DNA from: an uncultured Saprospiraceae bacterium
Lineage (GTDB): Bacteria > Actinomycetota > Acidimicrobiia > Spongiisociales > UBA5794
Length of the DNA: 64,000 nucleotides
Assembly (NCBI GenBank): GCA_964195515.1
Contig: CAXMQO010000101.1
Location: 45,092 to 109,091, forward strand
Reading direction: 5' to 3'
Part shown: positions 8,470 to 17,656 of the stretch, piece by piece
Position numbering within the stretch: position 1 is the stretch's first letter
How the letters are laid out: each line of letters starts with the position of its first letter
Notes under the pieces: model-generated
Database searches by the model: none
The model's input: the letters and a program-made list of their open reading frames with translations, nothing else
Told to the model about the DNA's origin: nothing
Program-made: the position numbers and the translations under genes

Positions 8470-9393
8470 ATGGCCGAGAAGGTCTTGATCATCGGGTCCG
8501 GCCCCGCCGGGCTCACCGCCGCTATCTACGCCGCTCGCGCCGACCTCAAGCCGTTGATGATCGAGGGCATGGAACGTGGTGGGCAGTTGATGCTCACCAC
8601 AGAAGTCGAGAACTATCCCGGGTTCCCCGAGGGGATCATGGGCCCGGAACTCATGGACGGAATGCGGAAGCAGGCCGAACGTTTCGGCACCCGCATCGTC
8701 TCGTCCGACGTCACGAAGGTCGACCTCTCCGAACGTCCCTTCAAGGTGTGGGTCGGTGACGACCTCTACGAGTCGGAGGCCCTCGTCATCTCGACCGGCG
8801 CATCTGCTCGATGGCTTGGGATTCCCGGGGAAAGCCGCCTCCGTGGATACGGCGTCTCGGCATGTGCAACGTGTGACGGTTTCTTCTTCCGGGATCGGGA
8901 CATCGCGATCGTTGGTGGTGGCGACTCAGCCATGGAGGAGGCGATCTTCCTCACCAAATTCGCCTCGAAGGTCACCATCCTCCATCGACGCGACGAGTTC
9001 AGGGCCTCGAAGATAATGGCTCAACGGGCAATCGATCACCCGAAGATCGAGGTCCTCTGGAACACGACAATCGAAGAGGTACTCGGCGGTGATCTGGTCA
9101 CCGGTCTCCGGGTGAGGAACGTCCTGACCGATGAGGAGTCGGTGCTGCCAGTCGAGGGGTTCTTCCTGGCAATCGGCCACGACCCAAATACCAAGATTTT
9201 CCAGGGACAACTAGATCTGGACGCCTCTGGATATGTCGCCACCGAAGGAGGCCCGACGCGAACCTCTGTGGAAGGCGTGTTCGCAGCAGGAGACGTCGTC
9301 GACCACTACTACCAGCAAGCCGTGACGGCCGCCGGCATGGGCTGTCAGGCCGCTATCGACGTCGAGCACTGGCTCGACCGAACCGAGGCCTGA
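8470..9393 (+). CDS. trxB: Thioredoxin-disulfide reductase
   Basis: GSGPAG FAD motif, redox-active CATCDG, GGGDSAMEEA NADPH motif. GGAG RBS 6 nt upstream of the ATG at 8470. Confidence 0.9.
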   Translation: MAEKVLIIGSGPAGLTAAIYAARADLKPLMIEGMERGGQLMLTTEVENYPGFPEGIMGPELMDGMRKQAERFGTRIVSSDVTKVDLSERPFKVWVGDDLYESEALVISTGASARWLGIPGESRLRGYGVSACATCDGFFFRDRDIAIVGGGDSAMEEAIFLTKFASKVTILHRRDEFRASKIMAQRAIDHPKIEVLWNTTIEEVLGGDLVTGLRVRNVLTDEESVLPVEGFFLAIGHDPNTKIFQGQLDLDASGYVATEGGPTRTSVEGVFAAGDVVDHYYQQAVTAAGMGCQAAIDVEHWLDRTEA

Positions 9394-9451
9394 ATCCAAT
9401 ACCGTCCGCCTCCGACCGGTTTGGCGGACCAATGATCACGAGGGAGTCAAG

Positions 9452-9778
9452 ATGGGACGGAACACCGTCAAGGGAACCGACGCCACGTTCGTCGAACTGA
9501 TTGGGTCGTCGACGCCGACCCTCGTCGACTTCTGGGCAGAGTGGTGCGGGCCGTGCAAGATGATGGACGGACCACTTGAGGAGATCGCCGGAGATCGATC
9601 CGAACAACTCCAGATCGTCAAACTCAACGTCGACGAGAATCCGTCAACGGCTATGCAGTTCGGCGTGATGAGTATTCCGACGATGATCATCTTCCAGGCT
9701 GGGGAAGAGAAGAAGCGCCTCGTCGGAGCCAGGAGCAAGGCGCAGCTAGAAGCTGAGATCGCCTCCTTCGTCTCCTGA
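9452..9778 (+). CDS. trxA: Thioredoxin
   Basis: WCGPCK active site. 108 aa. Confidence 0.9.
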   Translation: MGRNTVKGTDATFVELIGSSTPTLVDFWAEWCGPCKMMDGPLEEIAGDRSEQLQIVKLNVDENPSTAMQFGVMSIPTMIIFQAGEEKKRLVGARSKAQLEAEIASFVS

Positions 9779-9803
9779 GCCACGACCGCCCGGTGACGAG
9801 AGC

Positions 9804-10796
9804 GTGAGGCTCTACCACTCCGGAGACCGCGGGGAACCGGTTCGGGATATCCAGCGCCGCCTAACGAGCCTGGGAATCCTTGCCAGGGTCGACGGTTCGT
9901 ACGACTCGGACACGATCGCCGCCGTACGGAAATTCCAGGAAACGCGCGGGGTGCGCGTGGACGGCATCGTGGGTCCCGAAACCTGGCGAACGCTGGTCGA
10001 CGCCGGGTTTCGGCTTGGCGATCGCCTTCTCTACCGGCGTTCTCCGATGATGCGCGGCGATGACGTCTCCAAACTCCAGCAGAGCCTCGGCTCCCTCGGG
10101 TTCGACGCGGGTAAAGTCGACGGACTCTTCGGCCCCGACACGCTCAGGGCTGTGCTCGACTTCCAACACAACCGAGGAATGGCCGAGGATGGATTCGCCG
10201 GCGGTGAGGTCGTTGAGGAACTACATCTGATGTCCAAAGCGACGGAGAAACCCGGTCGAGAGGCAGTGCGTGAGCGCGAGTGGGTCGATTCACTCCCCCA
10301 GCCAATTGCGGGTGCACGGATCTACGTCGATCCGGACAGCGGTGAGGCCTCGGCTCCGGACTCCACGTGGTCGGTTGCGACCCGTCTCGCGTCGGATCTT
10401 CAACTCTCCGGCGCTCGCGTATTGTTATCGAGAAGCATTGACACCTCTCCAAACGAGCGGTTCCGTTCAAAGCGGGCGAATCGCCTCGACGTCCAGGTCG
10501 TCGTGTCGATCACCGTTCCACCCGACGGCATCGAAGCGGTCTTCTACTTCGGTACGCCGCTCAGCACCAGCGAAGCCGGGAGGGCGATCGCCATCCATCT
10601 CGCCGGAAGGCTCAACGTTCCCGCCCTCCCACGCGCCGTGCCGATGCTGAAGGAGACCCGTTCGCCGGCGGTCGTGATAGCCGTGGCCAACCCCTCCCCC
10701 GAACTGGGCTCCCAGATCGCTCGGGCGATCGTCGACCTCTACGCGTCCGGCCCAGACGAGGAGGAAAGCAAGGAGCAAGGAGCAAGTAGGAAGTAG
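9804..10796 (+). CDS. cwlM: CwlM-like protein: two PG_binding_1 domains plus Amidase_3 (MurNAc-L-Ala amidase) domain
   Basis: Two GxxGxxT peptidoglycan-binding repeats (DGIVGPETWRTL; DGLFGPDTLRAV), then an amidase_3-like region. Sits downstream of trxB-trxA as in mycobacteria. The C-terminal tail is encoded by a heptamer repeat. Confidence 0.7.
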   Translation: MRLYHSGDRGEPVRDIQRRLTSLGILARVDGSYDSDTIAAVRKFQETRGVRVDGIVGPETWRTLVDAGFRLGDRLLYRRSPMMRGDDVSKLQQSLGSLGFDAGKVDGLFGPDTLRAVLDFQHNRGMAEDGFAGGEVVEELHLMSKATEKPGREAVREREWVDSLPQPIAGARIYVDPDSGEASAPDSTWSVATRLASDLQLSGARVLLSRSIDTSPNERFRSKRANRLDVQVVVSITVPPDGIEAVFYFGTPLSTSEAGRAIAIHLAGRLNVPALPRAVPMLKETRSPAVVIAVANPSPELGSQIARAIVDLYASGPDEEESKEQGASRK

Positions 10797-10830
10797 GAAG
10801 ATACGAAAAGGTGCGTCGCCGGACTACGGA

Positions 10831-11685
10831 CTACTCAAATAATTGGCGGTAGATCCGTTCTAGGTCTTCGAGCGACCCATAGCGGATCACCATCCGCCCG
10901 CCTTCTCCGCGACCGGTGATGTTCACTCTGGTGGCCAGGCGCTCGGAGAGCCGCTCCTCGAGTTCGATGATTGCAGCCGGACGCATCACCGGGAAACTTC
11001 GAGGTCGTTTCGTATCGGGGATCGAGCGGTTCTTCACCGCCTCTTCGACGTTCCTGACCGACCAACCTTCGGCGACCGCGCGTTCAGCGATATGTACGGC
11101 ATAGGCCTCGTCGTCAAGAGCAAGGAGGGCTCGGGCGTGTCCCGCCGACAGCTCCCCGCGTTCGAGCATTCCTTGGATCGGTGCCGGTAGTTGGAGCAGC
11201 CGTAGGGTGTTTGTCACCGCACTCCGGCTCTTCCCGACTCTGGTTGCCACCTGTTCGTGAGTCATGCCAAAATCTTCCAGAAGGTTTCGGTATGCCGCGG
11301 CTTCTTCGAGCGGCGAGAGGTCTTTGCGCTGGATATTCTCGATGAGCGCCTCGGTGAGGTGTCGCTCGTCACTCGCAACAGCCCGGATAACCGCAGGGAT
11401 CGTTGTCAGTCCCGCCATATCCGCGGCTCTCAACCGCCGCTCGCCTGCGATGAGCACATATGCGCCATCCGTGTCCCCCGGGCGGACGATGACGGGTTGG
11501 AGAACGCCGACTTCGCGGATTGACGCCGCCAACTCCCCCAGCGAATCGTCGTCGAACCGGCTCCTCGGCTGCTGAGGACTTCGCGAAATCTCCTCGAGTT
11601 CGAGTTCGGCGAAGCCAACTGAAGGGTGCTCGACCGGAAATAGAGCTTCGAGGCCCCGTCCTAGTCCACTCTTACGTGCGGCCAT
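10831..11685 (-). CDS. parB: Chromosome partitioning protein ParB
   Basis: GERRLRAA ParB box, HTH region, C-terminal dimerisation region. Start taken at the internal Met to limit overlap with parA. Confidence 0.85.
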   Translation of the reverse strand: MAARKSGLGRGLEALFPVEHPSVGFAELELEEISRSPQQPRSRFDDDSLGELAASIREVGVLQPVIVRPGDTDGAYVLIAGERRLRAADMAGLTTIPAVIRAVASDERHLTEALIENIQRKDLSPLEEAAAYRNLLEDFGMTHEQVATRVGKSRSAVTNTLRLLQLPAPIQGMLERGELSAGHARALLALDDEAYAVHIAERAVAEGWSVRNVEEAVKNRSIPDTKRPRSFPVMRPAAIIELEERLSERLATRVNITGRGEGGRMVIRYGSLEDLERIYRQLFE

Positions 11686-12445
11686 GTCTCCTCCGAAATT
11701 CGCGTGCCAGTTCCCGGTAGGCGATTGCCCCTCGCGACATGGGGTCATACGCCTCGATCGGTTCTCCGTACGAGGGAGCCTCAGACAGTCTGACGGTGCG
11801 GGGGATTACCGTCCGATACGTCGTTTCGCCGAAATGCTCCCGTACCTGCGCGACGACATCCGCTGCCAGCGTGGTTCGCCCGTCGAACATGGTCAGGAGT
11901 ACACCTTCAATATTGAGCTGAGGGTTAAGGTTCCGTTGAACCAGTTGGATGTTCTTCATCAGCTGGCTCACCCCCTCGAGGGCGTAGTACTCACACTGAA
12001 TGGGGATGAGGACCTCGTCTGCGGCTGCCAGACCGTTCACGGTCAGGAGCCCAAGCGACGGAGGGCAGTCCACGAGTACGAAGTCGTAGTCGTCTGCGAT
12101 TGGTTTTAGCGCATTTCCAAGACGCGCCTCTCGGGAGAACATCGAGACCAGCTCGATCTCGGCGCCGGCGAGTTCGATCGTCGCCGGTACGACAAAGAGA
12201 TCACGCACCGAGGAGGGTTCGATTACGTCTTCGATCGCAACGTCTTCGACAAGGAGGTCATAGGTCGAGTACTCGATCGCCGCCCGGTCGATTCCTAGGC
12301 CACTGGTCGTGTTCCCCTGTGGGTCGAGATCGACCAGAAGAACGCGTTCTCCTTGGAACGCAAGGCCTGCACCGAGATTGATCGTGGTTGTTGACTTGCC
12401 CACGCCACCCTTCTGGTTGGCGATGGCAACGATTGTCGTCGGCAT
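11672..12445 (-). CDS. parA: Chromosome partitioning ATPase ParA/Soj
   Basis: KGGVGKSTT deviant Walker A. Confidence 0.9.
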   Translation of the reverse strand: MPTTIVAIANQKGGVGKSTTTINLGAGLAFQGERVLLVDLDPQGNTTSGLGIDRAAIEYSTYDLLVEDVAIEDVIEPSSVRDLFVVPATIELAGAEIELVSMFSREARLGNALKPIADDYDFVLVDCPPSLGLLTVNGLAAADEVLIPIQCEYYALEGVSQLMKNIQLVQRNLNPQLNIEGVLLTMFDGRTTLAADVVAQVREHFGETTYRTVIPRTVRLSEAPSYGEPIEAYDPMSRGAIAYRELAREFRRRHGRT

Positions 12446-12456
12446 TGGGAGGGGTC

Positions 12457-13110
12457 TCAGTCCGAAGCTGGGGGATTGGTTGCCGTCATCCTAAGAAGCC
12501 AGGCGGGAGAGTCAAGGACCCCACTGTTGATCCGCAGCAGGTCGAGCTTCGTTCCGGGTGGCGCATGAGGAAGTTGGTCGGGTTCGGCGGAGCGACTCAA
12601 CCCGACCACGGCGCGGCCGTTCATCTCCAGGAGTGGCAGGGCGGTCGCAAGGGCGTCTTCCCAGACGAGCGACGCACGGAACACAATCGTCGACCACGGT
12701 CCTCTCATACCCTGTATGTCTCGCTGCTCCACGACCACGTTCTCAAGACCGAGGATCCGAATGGCCCGTCGCGCAAGACGACAACGCTTCTCCGACCGGT
12801 CGAGCAGTGTTACCGACGTATTTGGATGCAAAATCGCCAGGGGGATACCCGGGAGGCCCACTCCTGAACCAATATCGAGGATGTCAACGGGCGTTCCCGC
12901 CCACGCTGCAGCAAACACGAGCGAGTCGGCGACATGCCGATCAATGATCCGGTCCTCCTCGTCCGAGCCGATTCCCCCGGCTTCGACGGCCTCCGCGGCC
13001 AGCCAGTCGGCGAATTGGATCAGCGTCTCTCGTTGAGCCGATGTCAGGTCGGTTCTGGCCCGACCTGCAGCCCGATCAAGGCGGTCGCGAACATGTTTCC
13101 CGTGAAACAT
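12457..13110 (-). CDS. rsmG: 16S rRNA (guanine527-N7)-methyltransferase RsmG/GidB
   Basis: ILDIGSGVGLPGIPLAI SAM-binding motif, and its position next to parA. Confidence 0.85.
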   Translation of the reverse strand: MFHGKHVRDRLDRAAGRARTDLTSAQRETLIQFADWLAAEAVEAGGIGSDEEDRIIDRHVADSLVFAAAWAGTPVDILDIGSGVGLPGIPLAILHPNTSVTLLDRSEKRCRLARRAIRILGLENVVVEQRDIQGMRGPWSTIVFRASLVWEDALATALPLLEMNGRAVVGLSRSAEPDQLPHAPPGTKLDLLRINSGVLDSPAWLLRMTATNPPASD

Positions 13111-13116
13111 GCGGGC

Positions 13117-13998
13117 TCAGGCGTCTTCGCTGCCCCCGGTCGCGGCAATCACCACGGCACGCCGCGGGTCTTCACCCTCGGAGTATGTTCTCACACCCTC
13201 GAACGTGGCTGCGGCGTCGTGAATAACCTTGCGGTCGGCCGCGTTCATCGGTTCGAGCATGGCCTCTCCACCGGTCTCCTTCAGTTGCTCCACCAGTTTC
13301 GCGGTATAGATCGTAAGAGCCTCGCGCCGCCGGGCTCCGTAGCCTGCGATGTCGATCCTCATTCGCGGAGCACCGAACGTGTGCCGCTGAACGGTGGTGC
13401 GGGTCAGTTCAAGCACCGCGTACATCGTGGCACCCTTGGCGCCCACGAGGGCTTCGGTCTGTTCCCCGACGATGTCGAGGTACAACACCTCGTCCTCGAT
13501 CCTCGTCTGGATCTCCCCCTCGAGGCCGAACGAGTCGAGAAGACCGACCAAGAAATCCTCGGCGACCTTCGCTTGGTCCTCGATCGACGTCTCGGGTTTG
13601 TCCTTCTTTGGCTCTGCCGCCGCATTCTTGTCCATCACTCGCCGCTCCTTCGAGGACTCGGTCCTCTTGTTCTCTACGGGCTTCTTCTTATTCGACGGCC
13701 GTGAACCCCTGCCGTTCTTTGGAGTTTGCCCGCTCTTCCGCTCCTCCGAGGTCTTCACCTCTGGCCCAGCGTCTGAGGTACCCTTCGCTCCTCGCCGGTT
13801 GCGGCGATTGCGTTTGCGGGGCTTGCGCGAGACCTTCACAATCGCAGAACGCCCCCCAACACCGAGGAATCCGGCCTTCCCCTCTTGGATGACCTCGACC
13901 TCTGCTTGTTCGACCGACTCGAGTCCGAGTTCGGCTAGCGCGGCTTCGACTGCGACGTCGACCGTCGTCCCTGTGACTTCCACCCATTCCATCGTCAT
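13117..13998 (-). CDS. jag: Jag/KhpB-like RNA-binding protein (KH + R3H) with basic low-complexity linker
   Basis: Position between yidC and rsmG, a C-terminal R3H-like region, and a long K/R-rich linker. Confidence 0.7.
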   Translation of the reverse strand: MTMEWVEVTGTTVDVAVEAALAELGLESVEQAEVEVIQEGKAGFLGVGGRSAIVKVSRKPRKRNRRNRRGAKGTSDAGPEVKTSEERKSGQTPKNGRGSRPSNKKKPVENKRTESSKERRVMDKNAAAEPKKDKPETSIEDQAKVAEDFLVGLLDSFGLEGEIQTRIEDEVLYLDIVGEQTEALVGAKGATMYAVLELTRTTVQRHTFGAPRMRIDIAGYGARRREALTIYTAKLVEQLKETGGEAMLEPMNAADRKVIHDAAATFEGVRTYSEGEDPRRAVVIAATGGSEDA

Positions 13999-14861
13999 TT
14001 CCTCCTGCGGCGGTTCTTCTTCTTGCTGGCGTTCTCTGACGGAGCCGTCTTCTCGGGCTCTCCGTCCTCGGGCGGCGTATCCGCCGGGAGTGCCGGCTTC
14101 TTCTTGTCATCATCTCCGCGGTCATCCAATCGCAGGATCAAGGCTTGTTGCCCGACCCTGAACAAGTTGGATGTTGCGAAATAGATCCCGAGCCCGGCGG
14201 TGAGCGTCCACGAGATGAATCCGAAGAAGATCGGCATGATCTTCATCGCGGTCTGCATCGACTGTGCCGTCTGGGACTGTTCCTTGTCGTCCTTCTTCGT
14301 TCTCGTCGTCTGAAGCTGCTGGTAGTAGCCGGCGGCCACGATGAGGATGATCAGCAAGATGTAGGGGATCGCGCCGAGGAAGTCGCCGTTCTTGATCGCA
14401 TCCGGTACGACGGAGCTCGGAGACAACGTGAGATCCATGCCGAGGAACATGGTGTTGATGGGCTCGGTACCGTCATTGATGTACTTCGAGAACGCTTCTG
14501 TGCCGCCTGCCGGGACCTTGATACTCCGCAGCACCGAGAACAGGCCGAACCAGAGCGGCATCTGGACGATCATCGGGAGGCAACCGGCAGCCGGGTTGAC
14601 GCCGCGCTCCTGATAGAGGGCCATCAACTGCTTGTTCAGCTCTTCCTTGTCTCCCTTGAGTTCCTTCTGGAGACGCTTCACCTCCGGCTGGATCTCCTGC
14701 ATCGCCTTCATCGACCGGGTCTGCTTCAGCGTCAGAGGAAAGAGGACGAGCGAAATCGTCACCGTCAGCAGAATGATCGCAACGCCGAGATTTGGAATAT
14801 ATTGGTAGAAGAAGTTGAGAACCCCGCCGAGGAGGTCGAGGAGGAGGTTCCAAGGGTTCAC
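13995..14861 (-). CDS. yidC: Membrane protein insertase YidC
   Basis: Conserved YidC core (AGCLPMIVQMPLWFGLF) and multiple TM helices. Confidence 0.85.
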   Translation of the reverse strand: MNPWNLLLDLLGGVLNFFYQYIPNLGVAIILLTVTISLVLFPLTLKQTRSMKAMQEIQPEVKRLQKELKGDKEELNKQLMALYQERGVNPAAGCLPMIVQMPLWFGLFSVLRSIKVPAGGTEAFSKYINDGTEPINTMFLGMDLTLSPSSVVPDAIKNGDFLGAIPYILLIILIVAAGYYQQLQTTRTKKDDKEQSQTAQSMQTAMKIMPIFFGFISWTLTAGLGIYFATSNLFRVGQQALILRLDDRGDDDKKKPALPADTPPEDGEPEKTAPSENASKKKNRRRRK

Positions 14862-15103
14862 GCGTCGCTCCCGTTATTCATATCGTGTTCGTGATCATGA
14901 TGGCCCGGCTCGGGCACGGGGTCGTACCCGCCGTCACGGAACGGCTGGCACCGTCCGATGCGTTTGACGGCCATCCACGATCCGCGAGCAGCGCCGTGGA
15001 GGCGGAGCGCGTCGTACCCATACTCTGAGCAGGAGGGATAGTACCGGCAATTACCGCCCAGAGCGGGAGAAAGCACCTTCTGATAGGCCCGGACGGATCC
15101 CAT
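14858..15103 (-). CDS. yidD: Membrane protein insertion efficiency factor YidD
   Basis: YQKVLSP...CRYYPSCSEY...RCQPF conserved motifs. The ORF track extends to 15151. Confidence 0.75.
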   Translation of the reverse strand: MGSVRAYQKVLSPALGGNCRYYPSCSEYGYDALRLHGAARGSWMAVKRIGRCQPFRDGGYDPVPEPGHHDHEHDMNNGSDA

Positions 15104-15147
15104 GAGCACGCGGGCCGCCGGCGACGGCGACCTTCTTTGGTCGGTAC

Positions 15148-15396
15148 TCATTGGTGCTTCTCCTCTCCGCTCGCGACGACCGCTTGTCCCAGTTCGCGGA
15201 CCAGGCGGTCGAACCCCATCGTGACGACGCCGGGAGAGGCGATCACAACGTATGCCTTGTCCGGCATCAACCCAACACGCAACAGCGCCTCTCGGAGCCT
15301 CCTCTTCGCCCGGTTCCTCACAACCGCACCACCGACCCTGCGGGACGCGACGATGCCCACTTGAGGGAGGCCTCTCTCACCAATAGCACAGATCAC
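15148..15396 (-). CDS. rnpA: Ribonuclease P protein component (conserved N-terminal motif lies upstream of this GTG; true start probably non-canonical near 15465)
   Basis: RNR-like motif VRNRAKRRLRE. The in-frame upstream peptide LRSAAQFSTVFRTGRAVRSGD matches the RnpA N-terminal consensus, but there is no ATG/GTG/TTG before the rpmH stop. Confidence 0.7.
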   Translation of the reverse strand: MICAIGERGLPQVGIVASRRVGGAVVRNRAKRRLREALLRVGLMPDKAYVVIASPGVVTMGFDRLVRELGQAVVASGEEKHQ

Positions 15397-15487
15397 TCTG
15401 ATATCTCCAGATCGGACCGCTCGGCCGGTGCGGAAGACGGTGGAGAATTGCGCCGCCGAGCGCAGCGAGACGAACGGTCGTCCGTGG

Positions 15488-15622
15488 TTATGCGGTGAGA
15501 CGACGGCGACCCTTGAGGCGCCGTCTCTTGATGAGGGCGCGTCCAGAACGGGTCCGCATCCGGCTGCGAAAACCGTGCTTACGCTTGCGTCGCCGCACGT
15601 TGGGTTGATAGGTGCGCTTCAT
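15488..15622 (-). CDS. rpmH: 50S ribosomal protein L34
   Basis: Hand-translated 44 aa [44 protein letters not shown]. Absent from the ORF track because it is short. Confidence 0.85.
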   Translation of the reverse strand: MKRTYQPNVRRRKRKHGFRSRMRTRSGRALIKRRRLKGRRRLTA

Positions 15623-16098
15623 AGTGAGGTATCCCTGCTTGGGAGGTCGCGGTACGACCGGGAAGATTTCGGACGGTTGAATACTACGTCAATCGCCGGT
15701 CTATCGGCCACATCCAACCGAGAACGCGAAGTCGGGCGACGGGACGCGAAATCCTGGCCTTATCCGCGAAACATCATTCGGTGCCGTTTCGGTCGATTCT
15801 TCACGATTCATTCACTATTCCCAATAATTCCCACATCCTGTGATCCCTGTCCCTCAAGGGTTTTCGAGGACAACCGGCATTCTCCCCTGTCCGATACCGC
15901 AGAATTTCCCCCTCTTGCTACTCCGTTCGTCCGGGACATATACTCGCCGTCGCTCCCCTGCGGAAAGCCGCACTTCCTCCAAGGAGAATCCGGGCCGCGA
16001 CGGCGCTGCGGGAGCGGCTAGGACGAGCGGATCAGTTTTCCCACACCCTGTGGACAGGTGTGTGGACAGGTTATACGAGGTTGAGAGGAGCATCACAG
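15623..16098. promoter_or_regulatory. rpmH-dnaA divergent spacer with DnaA-box-like direct repeat (dnaA promoter / left part of origin region)
   Basis: Two TGTGGACAG sites (reverse complement CTGTCCACA, 8/9 to actinobacterial TTGTCCACA) at ~16049-16069. TTATCCGCG at ~15761. Moderately AT-enriched tract at 15781-15840. Confidence 0.45.
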
Positions 16099-17469
16099 GT
16101 GGCTGAACCGAGTTTGTTCACCGCGGAGTGGGAGACCTTCCATCAGCAGGTCCGCCGCCGGGTGACCCCGGCCGCATGGCAGACGTGGATCGAGCCACTC
16201 ACGTCCAGCATCGAGGAAGGAAGTCTCCACATGATTGCCCCCAGCGACTTCCACTATCGCTGGGTCGGAGATCGCTACCTTCCGGCTCTCCAAGAAGCGG
16301 CAATGGACACCCTCGGTCTCGAGGTGGAACTCACCGTGATACCGACCGTTTCCAAACCTCCCCCCGAGAGGCCCTCCCGACCGACCCATAGCCAGGTTCC
16401 CCTCCCGATCGATCCGACCGATCCGACTAGGTCCCGGGCGAACGATCCCCGTCTCGTCCCGAAGTACACGTTCGACAATTTCGTCGTCGGACAGTCAAAT
16501 CGTTTCTCCCACGCAGCGGCGCTCGCCGTTGCTGAACAGCCGGGTAGCCACTACAACCCTCTGTTCATCTACGCGAACGCTGGCCTCGGTAAGACACACC
16601 TCCTCCACGCTGTGGGTCATCATCGCGTCGAACTCGATCCCGGCGCTGTGGTCCGGTACGTCTCCTCTGAGCAATTCTTCAATGAGTTCATCAACGGGAT
16701 CCGCCGGAAGAGGATGGATGAGTTCAAAGAGCGCTATCGCACGATCGACGTGCTCCTCCTCGATGACGTTCAGTTCTTCCAGGGGAAAGAACAGATCCTC
16801 GAGGAGTTCTTCCACACGTTCAACAGCCTCTACGAGGCCGGCAAACAGGTCGTTATCAGCTCCGATCGCCACCCCAAACACCTCTCGACGCTCGAAGACC
16901 GCCTCAGGAGCCGCTTCGAGTGGGGTCTCTTGACCGACATCCAGAGCCCCGACATCGAGACCCGTCTCGCCATCCTCAGGAGGAATGCAGAGTTTGCTCC
17001 AGCACCGGTCCCTCCCGAAGTGATGACGTTCATTGCGGAGAACGTCCATCAGAACATCCGTGAACTGGAAGGAGCCTTGACCAGAGTCACAGCGTTCGCT
17101 TCCCTGACGGATGAGAGAATCACCCTCACTATGGCGAAGGAGGTCCTCTCCGACATCGTTGAGTTCGATAGGGTTGTGCCGTTGACCGCCGACCGGATCA
17201 TCCAACTCACCGCCGACTACACCTCGACGACGATCGCCGAACTGACCGGACCCAGCAGGAAACAGCCCCTCGCTCGGTCCCGACAGATAGCGATGTACCT
17301 CTGCCGGGAACACACGGATCTCTCACTGCCCAAGATCGGCGCTCAGTTCGGCGGTCGCGACCACACGACGGTGATTCACGCCGTCGAGAAAGTCAAGACG
17401 CTCATGAGAACCGACATGGGGGTGTTCGATCAGGTCTCAGCCCTCGGCCAACTCCTGAGGACAACATGA
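16099..17469 (+). CDS. dnaA: Chromosomal replication initiator DnaA
   Basis: AAA+ Walker A GLGKTHLL, domain IV DnaA signature. GAGAGGAG RBS before the GTG at 16099. Confidence 0.95.
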   Translation: MAEPSLFTAEWETFHQQVRRRVTPAAWQTWIEPLTSSIEEGSLHMIAPSDFHYRWVGDRYLPALQEAAMDTLGLEVELTVIPTVSKPPPERPSRPTHSQVPLPIDPTDPTRSRANDPRLVPKYTFDNFVVGQSNRFSHAAALAVAEQPGSHYNPLFIYANAGLGKTHLLHAVGHHRVELDPGAVVRYVSSEQFFNEFINGIRRKRMDEFKERYRTIDVLLLDDVQFFQGKEQILEEFFHTFNSLYEAGKQVVISSDRHPKHLSTLEDRLRSRFEWGLLTDIQSPDIETRLAILRRNAEFAPAPVPPEVMTFIAENVHQNIRELEGALTRVTAFASLTDERITLTMAKEVLSDIVEFDRVVPLTADRIIQLTADYTSTTIAELTGPSRKQPLARSRQIAMYLCREHTDLSLPKIGAQFGGRDHTTVIHAVEKVKTLMRTDMGVFDQVSALGQLLRTT

Positions 17470-17656
17470 CCGATATCCACACTCCCTCGTCTCCTCGTTG
17501 TCAGCCTGTTGAGTACTCTGTACTTGTTCACAGTCCATGTGGGTTCGGAAATTCGTTGTCTTCAACGCTTCCCTTCCTTTCTCCACAATCCACAACCCCT
17601 ACTACTACCGCTACCGTTTGTAATTGAACTAATCAAGAAGCAGAGGAAGAACAACT
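17470..17656. promoter_or_regulatory. Putative oriC: DnaA boxes plus AT-rich unwinding element
   Basis: ATATCCACA (17473-81), TTGTTCACA (17524-32), TTCTCCACA and CAATCCACA (17579-94). AT-rich CCGTTTGTAATTGAACTAATCAAGAAG (17615-44). Confidence 0.55.

Noticed and set aside
16495-17313. 272-aa ORF antisense to dnaA
   Set aside because: It lies inside dnaA on the opposite strand and is a high-GC frame artefact.
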